64,000 bases of DNA, taken from the NCBI GenBank assembly GCA_951406725.2, contig OX597819.1, forward strand, positions 45,694,001 through 45,758,000, in the 5' to 3' direction. The notes below the pieces were generated by a model that worked only from the letters and a program-made list of their open reading frames with translations, had not been told where the DNA came from and made no database searches. The translations under genes were made by a program, and so were the position numbers. The stretch's first letter is position 1. Each line of letters opens with the position of its first letter. Positions 1 through 12,525 of this stretch are shown one piece after another. The DNA comes from Octopus vulgaris (taxonomy: Eukaryota).

Positions 1-412
1 TCTATTTCTAAGGCATCCAGCGACTATGTAGAGAGTATCTTTAGACAGAGGCAGAAAAGGAAACCAATACTTTTGAACTGTGTTAGGATCGTGAGCCCTG
101 GAATATGTTTACATTTCAGAACATACAGTTATTATAAGTGAGAAAGTTTTAGAAGCATAACGACTGTATGTTCTGAAACTGTAACTTTCTCAAATAAAGT
201 ACACTTCATATTCAACGCTCTGAGGAAGTTGACGTGGTACTCAACAAATATTTCACCACATCTTATAGCACAAGTCTCTACACAAATATATTTGCCTATA
301 GAATCAAACGCTTGTGTACTAGTTAACAAAAACAGAAAAGATAAAACGCATAAACGCACATACGTATATCCTCTCTTTCCCCTCCTCTACAATACAAATG
401 TAGTTATAAATG

Positions 413-424
413 CACACACACACA

Positions 425-504
<80 letters not shown>

Positions 505-599
505 AGTTTGTATATATGCATACATGAATATATACATGTACGTATATACATATATATGTATGTCTTCGTATATAAATTTGTGTGTGTACATATATATAC

Positions 600-662
<63 letters not shown>

Positions 663-664
663 TG

Positions 665-702
<38 letters not shown>

Positions 703-812
703 TATATGAGTTTATGGATATATACCTATACCCACACATACAACACACCCGCAAAAGTACACACACATATACAAGTATACTAGGATATATGTATGTACAT
801 ACATACATACAC

Positions 813-849
<37 letters not shown>

Positions 850-880
850 AATGTATTCACACGCACACACACACACACAC
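413..880. repeat. compound (CA)n/(TA)n/(TG)n microsatellite
   Basis: Alternating dinucleotide arrays read directly; they explain the HT/YI/VC-rich ORFs at 229-974. Confidence 0.97.
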
Positions 881-1248
881 TCAATTCCTAATGACGTACA
901 TAAATGATAATCTGTACAGTTTATGTGTCACATTAGATGCGAATTTAGCTTTAAGCCAAACTTTGGCAGAATAGATTTGCTGGAGTTCTTTCTTTTTGTA
1001 TAATTTGTCATTTTACTTTACTAGCATAACGTTTTGCCTTTTGTTACTGTTGTTCATATTGTTGCTAATATTGTTGCTGTTATTGTTGTTTTTGTTGTTT
1101 TTCCTTCCTTAAGGCATCTCATTAATGCAAAGTTGCTTCTGTTTTCTTTTCATATTTATTTTCATTTCTCTTCACTTGCTTGGCTATGAATAGTTTTAAC
1201 TGTAATTTTGATCCACGTATCTTGAATGGCCATTGAAAATAACGGTGA

Positions 1249-1332
1249 GTTATTATTATTATTAACATTATTATTACAATATTACATTAATATCATGATT
1301 ATTATTATTATTATTATTTGTTATTATTATTA

Positions 1333-1398
<66 letters not shown>

Positions 1399-1436
1399 GA
1401 TTATTATTATTATTATTATCATTAATATTATTATTT
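1249..1436. repeat. (TTA)n microsatellite
   Basis: Long imperfect TTA run; source of the poly-Ile ORF. Confidence 0.97.
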
Positions 1437-1662
1437 TAAAATCAAAATAAAATTGATAATAAGGATTTCTTAATAATAAAAATAATGATGTAAAATTAAT
1501 ATTCATTAGTCATGCAAGTATGAATAAGATAGCTTTTCATAATGATATAGTGATGGTGATGATAAATAAAATACTTTAAAGCCATTATATCAATTTTCAT
1601 TACATATATTAATACTACATAAAAATAACATATATATATATATATTTATATATATATATATT

Positions 1663-1706
<44 letters not shown>

Positions 1707-1769
1707 AGTGTGTGTGTGTGTCTATATCTATTTATCAATCTATCTCTCCATTCCTCTCTCTCTCTCTCT

Positions 1770-1800
<31 letters not shown>

Positions 1801-2239
1801 TGTTACGTATATACATATATTTATGAAACCAAAATGCAATTTGTCTCTCGAATCACAGTTGATACCTATCATGAAATTGTAATTATAGATAAAATTTTGT
1901 CAAGAGTTCAACACTAGATAGTTTTACTTCGACATGAAGGGGTCGAGTAAAAGCCCTTTTCTACAACACACATATGCTCACTCAAAAGAACCGATACTCT
2001 CTCACGTTACAGAGACCAGTAGAAGTTCATTCTGACAGTCTAGTCTAAATTAGAGCTATGATAAATGTTTGACGATGTAATATCATTCGTGATGTTAGTT
2101 AAAATACGGAGGTCAAGGACACAATACAACAAGAATTTAATGTCATGAAGGAAAAACAATGTGACAAACGAATTAAAAAATATAAAAGAATAACATTTTG
2201 GAGATACTAAATTCAGTTATCACGCCAGTAGAATAACAA

Positions 2240-3198
2240 TGCATGGAAACTGAGCTACGGATAAATTTGGAGTGAAAACAGGAGTTCGACAGGGCTGTAT
2301 ACTTTCTCCCTTTTTTATTTCTACTAGTTATAGATTGTATTATGAAGGAAACTACGACTGAAAGCCAAACAGGCATTAAATAGACTGGTGCAGAAGCTCT
2401 AGAAGATCTTGACTTTGCAGATGATATAGCGCTGCTTTCACAAACATATAGCCAAATGCAAAATAAAACGTCAAATTTAGAAGCAATAGCTGCCAAACTA
2501 GGATTGAAAGTCAACCGAGACAAATCAAAAATTATGCGCGTTAATGAAGAAAATAGCGAACGTATTAAACTAGAAACCGGTGAACTAGAGGACGTAACCG
2601 AGTTTACGTATTTATGTAGTAAGATAACATTTTCAGGCGGTACCGACGAAGATATCAAGACGAGAATAAGTAAGGCAAGGACCGCTTTTCACCTGTTAAA
2701 AAACGTATGGAGCGCAAGTGTAATTTCAATAAAGAACAAAATAAGAATTTTTAACAGTAACGTAAAAGCGGTGTTATTGTTTGGGGCTGAGCCATGGCGA
2801 ACAACAGTTAAGTCAAATAAGCAAATACAATCATTCATCAACAGATGCTTGCGTAGTATATTTAAAATTAGATGGCCCGGACACATAAGCAATATGGCAA
2901 AGAACAAATGAAGTTTCGATTAGGGAGCAAATATTTAAGAAAAAATGGAAGTGGATTGGTAGCACAATTAGAAAAGACACACCAAATGTAGTGAAAAGTG
3001 CTTTACAGTGGAATCCGGATGGATATAGAAAGAAAGGTAGGCCTAAGATCTCGTGGTGTAGATCAACACAAAAGGAACTAGAGAAAGGGGGACATTCATG
3101 GCAGAGTATAAGTACAGAAGCGAAACATTATGCGACATGGAATTCAATTATAAGTAGTCTATACTCCGCGTTGGAGGGTTAAAGGCAGAAAAAAAAAA
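2240..3198 (+). mobile_element. 5'-truncated RTE-clade LINE, RT C-terminal half (decayed)
   Basis: Translates VKTGVRQGCILSPFLFLLVID..GIK*TG..LEDLDFADDIALLS..FTYL..RISKARTAF..VLLFGAEPW, then W(N)PDGYRKKGRPKISW. In-frame TAG at 2381, frameshifts after about 2890, A-rich tail at about 3189-3198. Confidence 0.92.
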
Positions 3199-3596
3199 GG
3201 ATAACAAGATTTTTCGCCATCAAACTTCCACTAAAATGTCAGTTTTGATATCAATATTATAACAATTCAGTGAAATAGTATACAATAACGACATGAGGGA
3301 ACAATGACGTAACATCTAAATAATTCTGAATGGAAATGTAGAGGAAAATAAGAGGAAAGCAAATTCGTGATAGAATATACCAAAGGAAAGGAAGAAAGAT
3401 AAACCTTACATAATAAAGACTATCGCTAAATAAACAAGACGCTCGACACTTTGTATCTGGGGATCAAATTCTCATTCATTTATGTACATAACATTTAAAA
3501 ATGCATGTGTAGGTGTATGTGTGAATGCATATGTATAAATGTTCCTGTGCATGTTTATGTACGTGTGCGCGTGCTCGTATACCGTGTGCTTCTGAA

Positions 3597-3598
3597 TA

Positions 3599-3661
<63 letters not shown>

Positions 3662-3712
3662 GGATGTGTGTGTATATATAACTGCATATGGGAAATTGGG
3701 AAATACAACTGC

Positions 3713-3743
<31 letters not shown>

Positions 3744-3928
3744 TATATTATATTTGGTATATATAAGAAGCTTGTCGTATACATATATATATATATATAT
3801 ACATATATATATACATGTGTGTGTGTGTGTATGTATATATCTATATATATTTATCATATATATTTGGTACATATAAGAAGCCTGTCGCATATATATACAT
3901 ATATGTGTATATATATATATATATATAC

Positions 3929-3972
<44 letters not shown>

Positions 3973-4030
3973 GTATATATGTATGTATGTATGTATGCAT
4001 GTATATATGTATGTATGTATTTATTTGTGT
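3597..4030. repeat. (TA)n/(TG)n/(TATG)n low-complexity block
   Basis: Direct reading. Confidence 0.93.
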
Positions 4031-4297
4031 GCCTGTGTTTGTCCTCCCACCATCGCTTGACAGCCGATGCTGGTGTGCTTATGATGCCGTAACTCTTTCA
4101 CTGATCTTCAGCCGATGGCCGACTGATTCATATGTATGAATGCGTGGCTATGTGGTAAGACCATTTCTCTCAAACACATGCTTCCAAATTCAGTCACACT
4201 CCGTAGCACCTTGGGCAAGAGTTTTCTGCTATAACTTCAGCCGACCTAAACATTGGGAGTGGATTTGATAGATATGAACTGATAGAAACGTGTCGTA

Positions 4298-4300
<3 letters not shown>
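4025..4300 (+). mobile_element. two diverged fragments of SINE family S1
   Basis: Match S1 motifs catcgcttgacagccgatgctggtgtg and gtggctatgtggtaaga...accttgggcaag seen intact at 21780. Confidence 0.7.
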
Positions 4301-4335
<35 letters not shown>

Positions 4336-4339
<4 letters not shown>

Positions 4340-4540
4340 TAATCGAAACAAGAAAACAAAAAGACAACAACGCAAGGATGTGGAACAAATAAAGTATTAT
4401 TGAACGCTCAGGAAAGAAGGGAAGAAGGAGGGTTTGACGTTTCGAGCGGAGCCCTTCGTCGGAAACATAGGAGGAGGAAAGATCCCGAGACGGGAGGACA
4501 GAGGAAAAAAAATCGCCGGTGGTATTCACGAGGTCACACA
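4336..4540 (-). mobile_element. hammerhead-bearing Penelope-like non-autonomous element, family A
   Basis: Reverse complement aligns with 8160-8360 and 62641-62846; 3' end (..gattaact) abuts (TA)n. Confidence 0.8.
4432..4466 (-). ncRNA. minimal type I hammerhead ribozyme motif (U4C variant)
   Basis: Minus strand GTTT-CCGACGA-A-GGGC-TCC-GCTC-GAAA-CG-TC-AAAC: stem I GTTT/AAAC, stem II, palindromic ACGT stem III, GUC triplet. Confidence 0.72.
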
Positions 4541-4764
4541 CTAAAAAGACGGAAGTGGTAAAAATGGAGGAAAATGTTTTTAAAAACAAGAGAGCTATAT
4601 CAAAGAAGGAATGGTAAAAAAGGTGTGCGAGATGACAAGTGTGTGTGTGAGTGTGTGCGTGTGTGTGTGTATGGTGGACAATGGCTAGTAGCAGGCAGTA
4701 GTAGAATTAAGGAGTGGTGTGGGGGTACCCTAGCAAGTCCGAAAGGCAGGTCAGAAACAGGGAG

Positions 4765-5440
4765 GTATGTGTGTGTGCGTGTATATGTATCGTGCGTATA
4801 TTTTGTTGTAGTATGTGTGTGTGTACGTGTGCGTTTTTTTGTGTGTATGGCGAGTAACTGTGCTTAACTTAGTGTATGCGTGCGTGTGTGCTTGTACGTG
4901 CGTGTGTGTGTATATATACGTGTATATAATTGTGTGCGTGTATGTATGTGGGTGCGTGTATGTATGGTTGTGTGCCGTATGGGATGTATGTGTGGGTTCA
5001 TTTGTGTGTGTGTGCGTGTGTATGTATGTGCGTGTAGTTGTGTGTGCGTGTATGTGTGCGTTTGTATGTGTGTGTGTGTAAGCGTAAATGGATGTATATG
5101 CGTGTATCTGTGGGGTTGTGGTTTTTTTCGCGCGTGTGCGTGTGTATGTGTGCGTATGTTTTGGTGTGCGTATGTATGTGTGTGTCTGTGCTTATATGTG
5201 TGTACGTATGTGTATGTGTGCGTGCGCGTGGAGGTATATATTGTGTGTATGTATATGTGTTGGTGTGTATGTGAATTAGTGTGTGTTTGTACGTGTGTAT
5301 GTGTGTGTGCGTGTATTGTATATATCTGTAAATGTGTGTGTACGTGCGTGGGAGTAAATGTATGTATGTATGTGCGTGTGTGTAGAAATGTAGGGGTTTA
5401 TATGTGTGTTTATATGTTTATAAGTGTGTATATATATGCA
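4765..5440. repeat. long degenerate (GT)/(GTAT)/(GC) array
   Basis: About 680 bp of imperfect GT repeat; source of the CVCV ORFs. Confidence 0.9.
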
Positions 5441-5506
5441 TGCAAGGACACACTTCGCAACTGAAAGATTGATGGAAAAGACTCTTGCGGTGCGGGCGCA
5501 TGCGAA

Positions 5507-5542
<36 letters not shown>

Positions 5543-5575
5543 CATACACACACACTTGCACACTCACACACACAC

Positions 5576-5625
<50 letters not shown>

Positions 5626-5627
<2 letters not shown>

Positions 5628-6130
5628 TTGATTCAACTTCTTTGGTACTCCCAGTTTCAGGAGTGATGCAAGTCTTCAGGCACTTTGAATTTGGATGAAA
5701 GAAGTTGATTATTATTACCGTAAGGTGGGTTGGGATTGGTCGAGGTACGTCACGTGGCGTCGTCGTTTGATGTTGGTATATCGGTATATTAACGACAACA
5801 GTTAGTTGATAAATACCGCGTGCTGAACAGGAAATCGACCGCGTGGTAGGCAGGGAATCGGTCGGGTTGTTGGAGGAGTAATAGGAAGGGGCAGTATGCG
5901 CAAGTATATAGTTGTATATGTGGGTGAGTGGACGCGGTCACATGGTTTAGTGTGCATGACTGTATTGATGCGATGACATACTGAATACCAACATCAAATC
6001 ACAGTACCACATGACCTTCCTCGACTAATCGCAGCCCACCATGCTCTAATAACAATCGACATCAATTTCCAAATGGCTGAAGACCAGCACCACGCTTAAA
6101 ACTCGGAGTACCAACGAATTACAATGAAAC
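5626..6130. repeat. diverged inverted repeat pair (5626-5779 / 5985-6130), each arm with a decayed hammerhead
   Basis: Reverse complement of the left arm aligns to the right arm (ataccaacatcaaa..cctcgac..cccacc..ctgaagac..aaact.ggagtacca). Confidence 0.78.
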
Positions 6131-6200
6131 TGTCTTGATCCATACATGTAACTCCCAATAAATTTGTTGAGTGCCCTTCTTTCGCTTGTTCACTCACTCG

Positions 6201-6259
<59 letters not shown>

Positions 6260-6272
6260 ATATATATATATA

Positions 6273-6620
6273 CGGTTAAGTAATTGAGATTCTAGTGAAT
6301 TCTAAAGAATTCACATGAATATGGGCCTTAACTAGGATGCACCGGATATCTATATGGTGTTAACCATACGACAAGTGGGGTGATTATAAATAGGAAAAAA
6401 AAATCAACAAGAATGGATTAAAATCTCGGTACGATCGTTTCGTACGAGGACATCTTTAATAAGCTACAAAAAATGCAGTGAATACAGATGGCTCGTACTC
6501 GTCAGCCGAAAAAATATCAGAGAATTCCCAAGCATCAAAATATATATATATTCATAATAAGATTAGCTCGTATACGAGTGGGTATATATTTGTAAAAAAT
6601 GAAGTTTGAAAATGCTGCTA
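6273..6620 (-). mobile_element. Penelope-like element 3' terminus
   Basis: Contains a canonical HHR; 3' end abuts the (TCTA)n/(TA)n array at 6201-6272; 5' boundary uncertain. Confidence 0.65.
6426..6509 (-). ncRNA. type I hammerhead ribozyme with intact core
   Basis: Minus strand TCGG-CTGACGA-GTACGAG-(long loop)-CTCGTAC-GAAA-CGATCG-TA-CCGA: all core positions canonical, 4-bp stem I, 7-bp stem II, palindromic stem III, GUA triplet. Confidence 0.88.
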
Positions 6621-6682
6621 TATTAGACAAATTTTAATTTTTAACATGTTTCGGTTCTTGAAATGACGAACCTTATCAAAAA

Positions 6683-6916
6683 TTATATATAATAAAGAGA
6701 GTTCATGCTATATGTTTAAAGAGTATGATGTAATAGTTCATAATTGTGACATATATTCAATAGAGTCAAATATAAAAAATTCATATATAATATTCAATAG
6801 AGTCAAATATAAAAAATTCATATATAATAAAAGGAGTCCATGCTATATGTTTAAAGAGTATGATGTAATAGTTCATAATTGTGACATACATTCAATAGAG
6901 TCAAATATAAAAAAAT
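6683..6916. repeat. local tandem duplication of about 100 bp with a nested 30-bp partial repeat
   Basis: catgctatatgtttaaagagtatgatgtaatagttcataattgtgacata.attcaatagagtcaaatataaaaaa occurs twice, nearly identical. Confidence 0.9.
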
Positions 6917-7119
6917 CATGCTCTTGAAAATGCGCGGAGTTCATTTTAGATTTTACCTTGTGTTCCAATGGGAGCAACAGTAATGATTTTTGGTTGGTGT
7001 CTGTTCGTATAATTTTGGTGAATTTTGTGATTGTTGGGTTTATATCAGCTCAGCTTAGCTGTGGTCACTTGCACTTTTCACTGACGTCATATAGTTCCAT
7101 ATATATATATATATATATA

Positions 7120-7502
7120 TGTTTATTCGGACGCATTTTGTGATGTCGGGCGCGAAAATATTTTAGGCTAAGCCCGAAAGCAATGAAGTCATAAAAGAAT
7201 CGTCCATAACTTGCAGTAAGCAACATTTATTAAAATAAAGGTATTCAGAACACAGAATAACATATAACAATAACAATTTGCAAACATATTTACATTCCCA
7301 TATAACTGTTAAGAACATCACCATTATTGTATTACGCATGCGTGGAAGTGTTTGTTCGACTAGGTGCTGCTGGCTTAATTACGCGCAACTTAAGTTAGAG
7401 AAGGGGTGCGTATTATATACAATGTTTAGGTTTGTCAGAGGTACAGCCCCCTAAAAATCTCCTCAGTATTTTACTCAAGGGCGGCTATACTCGAGGATTT
7501 AC

Positions 7503-7506
<4 letters not shown>
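7120..7506. mobile_element. partial pogo/Tc1-mariner-type non-autonomous DNA element (one end)
   Basis: Ends in gcggctatactcgaggatttacgg-TA, resembling CCGTA-type termini with a TA target; the matching left TIR is not seen. Confidence 0.5.
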
Positions 7507-7569
<63 letters not shown>

Positions 7570-8159
7570 ATATATATATTTATTATATATATATATATAT
7601 TTGTGTGTGTGTGTCTTTGGGCCTAAGCCTGTCCCCACCACCGTTTGATAACAGGTGTTGGTGTGTTTACATCCTTTTAACCTAGCGGTTCGGCAAAGAG
7701 GTTGATTCACTCGACAACAATTCTTCAAGGCGGTGCTCTACCTTGACGGAAACAAAAGATGTGTGTGTGTGCCTATGCATGCATGCATGTACTTATGCAT
7801 ACTTACATAGTATGTATGCATGTGTGTATGCATATGTATAAATGTATGTATGGATGTGCATCTCTATATGTGTGGACCCGTGTCTCCATATGTGTCCTTG
7901 TGTAGAGTAAAGTGTGTGTGTATATATGGTCATGTGTTTCAGTCTCCATTTCTGTATGTGTGCATGTCTGTTCATATAACTTTTATACCTATCCGTCTGT
8001 ATGCTGCTCTGTTTATTTTCATATCCATATGCTTATATACATACATGCATACATACATACATACATACATACATACATACATACATACATACATGCATGC
8101 ATACATCCATACATGCATGCATACATCCATACATCCATACATACATATATATATGTATC

Positions 8160-8360
8160 GCGTCTGTACCGTTGGCGAGTTTTTTCCTCGGTCTTCCTTT
8201 CTTTGGATCTTTCCTTTTCCTATGTCTCTGACGAAGAGCTCCGCTCGAAACATTAAACCCTTCTTCTTTCCTTCTCTCCTGAGCGTCCAATAATACTATA
8301 CTTGTTCCACGTCCTCTCGTTGTTGTGTTTTCTCTTTGTGTTTCCATGTTTGGATTAACT
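8160..8360 (+). mobile_element. hammerhead-bearing Penelope-like non-autonomous element, family A
   Basis: Homologous to 62641-62846 and 4336-4540; ends gtttggattaact followed by (TA)n. Confidence 0.82.
8224..8258 (+). ncRNA. minimal hammerhead ribozyme motif
   Basis: GTCT-CTGACGA-A-GAGC-TCC-GCTC-GAAA-CA-TT-AAAC; canonical CUGANGA and GAAA, perfect stem II; stems I and III each carry a mismatch. Confidence 0.7.
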
Positions 8361-8382
8361 ATATATATATATATATATATAT

Positions 8383-8795
8383 AAATTATTACATTATATA
8401 AAAGGGCTTAGTAAAATAAATTACTTTGCCACATACTGAACTCATTAGAAATAGCAGCCAAAAAAAACTTTTTTAAAACTATTTCTAATACTTAAAGAAA
8501 ATCTCTCTCATATATAGTGTTTGCTCAATTCAACTCACGAAAGTGAGTTGAATTGAGCAAACACTATATATGAGAGAGATTTTCTTTAAGTATTAGAAAT
8601 AGTTTTAAAAAAGTTTTTTTTTTTTTTTTTGGCTGCTATTTCTAATGAGTTCAGTATGTGGCAAAGTAATTTATTTTACTAAGCCCTTTTATATAATGTA
8701 ATAATTTGAATTCGCCTTAAATGGTCCCTTTGCATACTGAACACTTGGTGAAATTGATTAATAATTAATTAATTTTACCCTCAATTGTTGAAATT
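8383..8795. repeat. near-perfect 325-bp palindrome (arms 8383-8538 / 8543-8707, GAAA loop) plus 88-bp extension, flanked by (TA)n
   Basis: Arms are reverse complements apart from the lengths of homopolymer runs; centre ..ctcac GAAA gtgag.. Confidence 0.95.
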
Positions 8796-9793
8796 ATATA
8801 TATATATATATAGACACACACACACACACTCAGATGTGTGTTAGTGTGCGTGTGTGCTATTGGATAGAATCTTGATTTTATAAAACAGTAATCTTGAGTA
8901 AATTCATCGTTTGCTGATGATTGCCGTCGGATATGAAACTTTAGATATAAAAGCATGAAAGAAAAGTACGTCTACACACACAGATATACGTTAATACATG
9001 TACGTGCGTTAAAGTTGTGTGTGTGTGTGTGTGCATGTCTAGAAGCGTGAAAGCTTTAAAGTGAGATAAGATGTAAAGTACAACATTGATACTTACACAC
9101 GTTCGCTGAACGCCGTGTCAATGGGGTAAATATTTAAAGACAAACATTGACTAATCTCCTAATATTTCACTTGATTGATAAGACTTTTGTTATTTATTGT
9201 AGAATAAGCAAACCTTACGATCAACGCTTTTTTTTGACACTCGTGTAATTCGACTGATCATTGGTAAGTTTGTTCTGTGTGCTATATTGGCATGTGTGTG
9301 TGTGTGTGTGTACGTGTATGTGTGTGTGTATGTGTGTGTGTCTACTTTGCTTGTTTGTTTCTTTGTGTATGTGTACATAGATGTGTTTGTGCTGTGTGTA
9401 CGTGCGTATGTGTTGTTACGTGTGTACTGCATAAAAACGTACCTGTGTCTTCGTAATCTGTTTCTTTATGTATCTCTGTATCTGTATGTATGTATGTATG
9501 TATGTATATATTATTATGCATATACATATATACATTCATACATATATACATATATGTATGTATATACATGTATGGATATATATATATATATATGTAGGTA
9601 GGTATATATGTATGTACGTATATATATATATGAATGCGTCCATGTATGTCTGTCTTTCTGTCTACCTGGCTGTCTCTATCTATCTATCTATTTGTCTATC
9701 ATTTATTTGTATCTCCCTCTGCCTGTCTTTATCCGTCAATCTCTCTCTTTCTTACCAAAGATAACCCCCCACACACACACATATATATGTATG

Positions 9794-9854
<61 letters not shown>

Positions 9855-10849
9855 ATGTGTTAGACAGTAGATTTATTCACTTATAATAAATATATGAACG
9901 TATATATATATAGCGTCTTACCGTTTAAACATGCTATCTTTCTGTCGAATGTTTTAATTTATTTTACTAGTTGTCTACGTATTTCTCTTTCTCTCCAAGT
10001 ACTTGTTTTACATCTCAAAGTGTAAATATTTTGCAAATACCCGCTTATATTGGTTTCACCCCCACACACAAACATGAATGCACACGCACACATATATATA
10101 TACATACATATATATATATATATACATGTGTGCGTTTATATATATATATACATACGTGTGTGCGTGCGTGCGTATACACACACTCACACACACACACACA
10201 TGTGTATGCAAATATATAAGTATCTGACATTTACTTATATCCATCTCTTTCCCCTCTTCTTTTTCTCCCTATCTACCTATTTGCATAACCTTATCTTTGG
10301 CTCTGTGTGTGAAAGTTACACTGTGCAATAAGGCTTACACAGAAGCGTCTGCAAACAACCTCTTTACAGAATAAACTATTTTATGTACCGAAAGCAAGAC
10401 GGCAAGATAACCGAGACAAACATCTCTTCATTCGTAGATTACTCCCAATATTAGCGAAGAATCACTGTTTGGCATTGAAAATGCTGTGAGGTCCGTGGTA
10501 GACCCTGGCTGCAATACAAAGTGTTTGGTCTTTGACTCGGTGTCATGTCCACGTGTCCTTGTCTCGAGTTAAGTATAGAACTGTGCTAGAAATTTTAAAT
10601 TAGTAGGCACAGTAACAAGTCACTCCGATGTCAAATGTAATTATATTTATACACACTCATACGTATACTCAAACATAGAGACAGATGCATACACACACAC
10701 GTATATGTATGATAATTGCGACGTATATTATCCACTAAAACACACATAAGAAAATTTTAACTTTAGTTAATCATTTATTATTTCATGACCAAATTTTGAA
10801 CTTCAATTTGTAGGAAAGAACGTTCAGTAGCTATCAGACAATTAATTTA

Positions 10850-11413
10850 CACAGACATGCAGGAAGTAAATAGACACATTTAATTTGCAAAATTTCTGAT
10901 TTAAGCATATTAACATGTTTTCAGCAGTGTAGAATTTACAATGTAATTATTCTTTTTCATTCCAGGTGCCATTATATTAAACATTTGCAAAGAGTAATGT
11001 TTGCCATGTACAAAAAATTCAGCAGAATTGTCAGATTTTCAAAGAGGTCGTATTGTTGGGCAATCTGAGACTGGTCTTAGCCAGCGAAAAATTGCTGAAA
11101 ATCTTCAAATTTCTCTTGCTTCTCTTAATAGAATTATAGTGCAATTCAAAAGCAAAGGATAAGAATCAACAGATTCTCGTCCCGGCCGATCTGGTCCCTC
11201 GGAAAGGAAGCTTCGCTGTTTGAAGAGAATTGTGGATAACGAACCCCCTTCGAAGGCTTCTGACATTGCAAAACAGCTTGAAGTTAGTCCAAGAACGTGT
11301 GTTACATATCTGCATAAGCTTGGGTATTATGGACACCTCTCTTTCAACCAATTAATATCAAATAAAAGATTTTGAAAAATTAAAGGTGTCTGTTCACTTC
11401 CTGCATGCTTGTG
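10850..11413 (+). mobile_element. Tc1-like DNA transposon, internally deleted, with both TIRs and TA target duplication
   Basis: TA|CACAGACATGCAGGAAGTAAATAGACAC ... GTGTCTGTTCACTTCCTGCATGCTTGTG|TA. Confidence 0.9.
11001..11334 (+). pseudogene. Tc1 transposase N-terminal HTH remnant
   Basis: ELSDFQRGRIVGQSETGLSQRKIAENLQIS...SKG*...RPGR...VSPRTCVTYLHKLGYYG; internal stop; DDE domain absent. Confidence 0.88.
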
Positions 11414-12177
11414 TATATCGCCCCACTCTAACAACCTGATTCGCGTGCAGTGGCCTTCATAATTATCGCTCCAAGTGCTAAAGTTCCCAACCGCTGAGGA
11501 CCCATATGCTTACCATAGCACAAAACATCCTCATTAACACTAATATTTCTCTTTAAACAGAGAAAGTATTTTAAATTCAATCATTTGCTGATCCGCTCCT
11601 TTTCGAAACTAAGTTATATACACAATGAAATACGGTTCTTTTTTTATGATGGCTTTTGTCGCTACTATCAAGAATGTTTCATCAAGAAAACCAGTAATTA
11701 GTCTGATTAGCAAAGTCACAATCATCAGCTCGCATCAACAGCTGTCTTACAAGTGATTTTTGTCTAGATTTTGTCATTCGAACCGTAAACTTAACGATTT
11801 AAACTATTTTTTATGTATATCCCCCCCCAGCCGTACCCACGTTCATCTCTCATTTTCTTGCGACGCATAATGTGACTAGACTCAATGGAGTCGCACTCAC
11901 CAATCGTCCCTATGATCAATGTGGAGACCGACTTGCACAAAACAGACCCAACGTTTTCTCTGTGTAACTTAAAAGATACTAAAGAACTAAAGAAGTTAAG
12001 GTAGGGCTTGCACTCCGACCACCAAAACATCACATCAGCAATAATTACACAAAGCAGATACGTGGGCTAGAGGGTTTCCGCCTACGTAGTGCAAAGGTGT
12101 CATCCGTCAGGAGTAGGGCAATCACCAACAAATGATGGATGCAGTGGCATGCTGTTACAGCGCAATTCCCCCCCCCC

Positions 12178-12180
<3 letters not shown>

Positions 12181-12265
<85 letters not shown>
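12181..12265. repeat. (CTA)n microsatellite
   Basis: Perfect run. Confidence 0.97.
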
Positions 12266-12407
12266 AGTATAATAATCCTTTGAAATGTCTTACCTTGTTG
12301 CCGTTTCCTTCTCTGCAAGCATCAGGCTTGCTTTATACATGCAGTTCCAGAGTTAGCATACGTTATGCGCAAAAAAAACCATGAACCCATCCGCTTGATA
12401 AATACTT

Positions 12408-12492
12408 TACACACACAAACTCACACATACACACACACACACAAACACACACATACAGAAACACACACACATATACACATATTGTCTGTCTG

Positions 12493-12525
<33 letters not shown>

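Noticed and set aside
220-254. CTGAGGA-A-GTTGA..TCAAC hammerhead-like hairpin
   Set aside because: G12 is missing and no stem I pairing is possible.
229-974. Long ORFs rich in YI/HT/VC (and dozens like them across the window)
   Set aside because: Dinucleotide and tetranucleotide repeats lack stop codons in several frames; there is no protein signal.
2233-3207. ATAACAA as the target-site duplication of the RTE fragment
   Set aside because: A short AT-rich match that is not flush with the A tail; likely chance.
8914-8950. CTGATGA..GAAAC spacing like a hammerhead
   Set aside because: No convincing stem I or II and no correctly placed UH.
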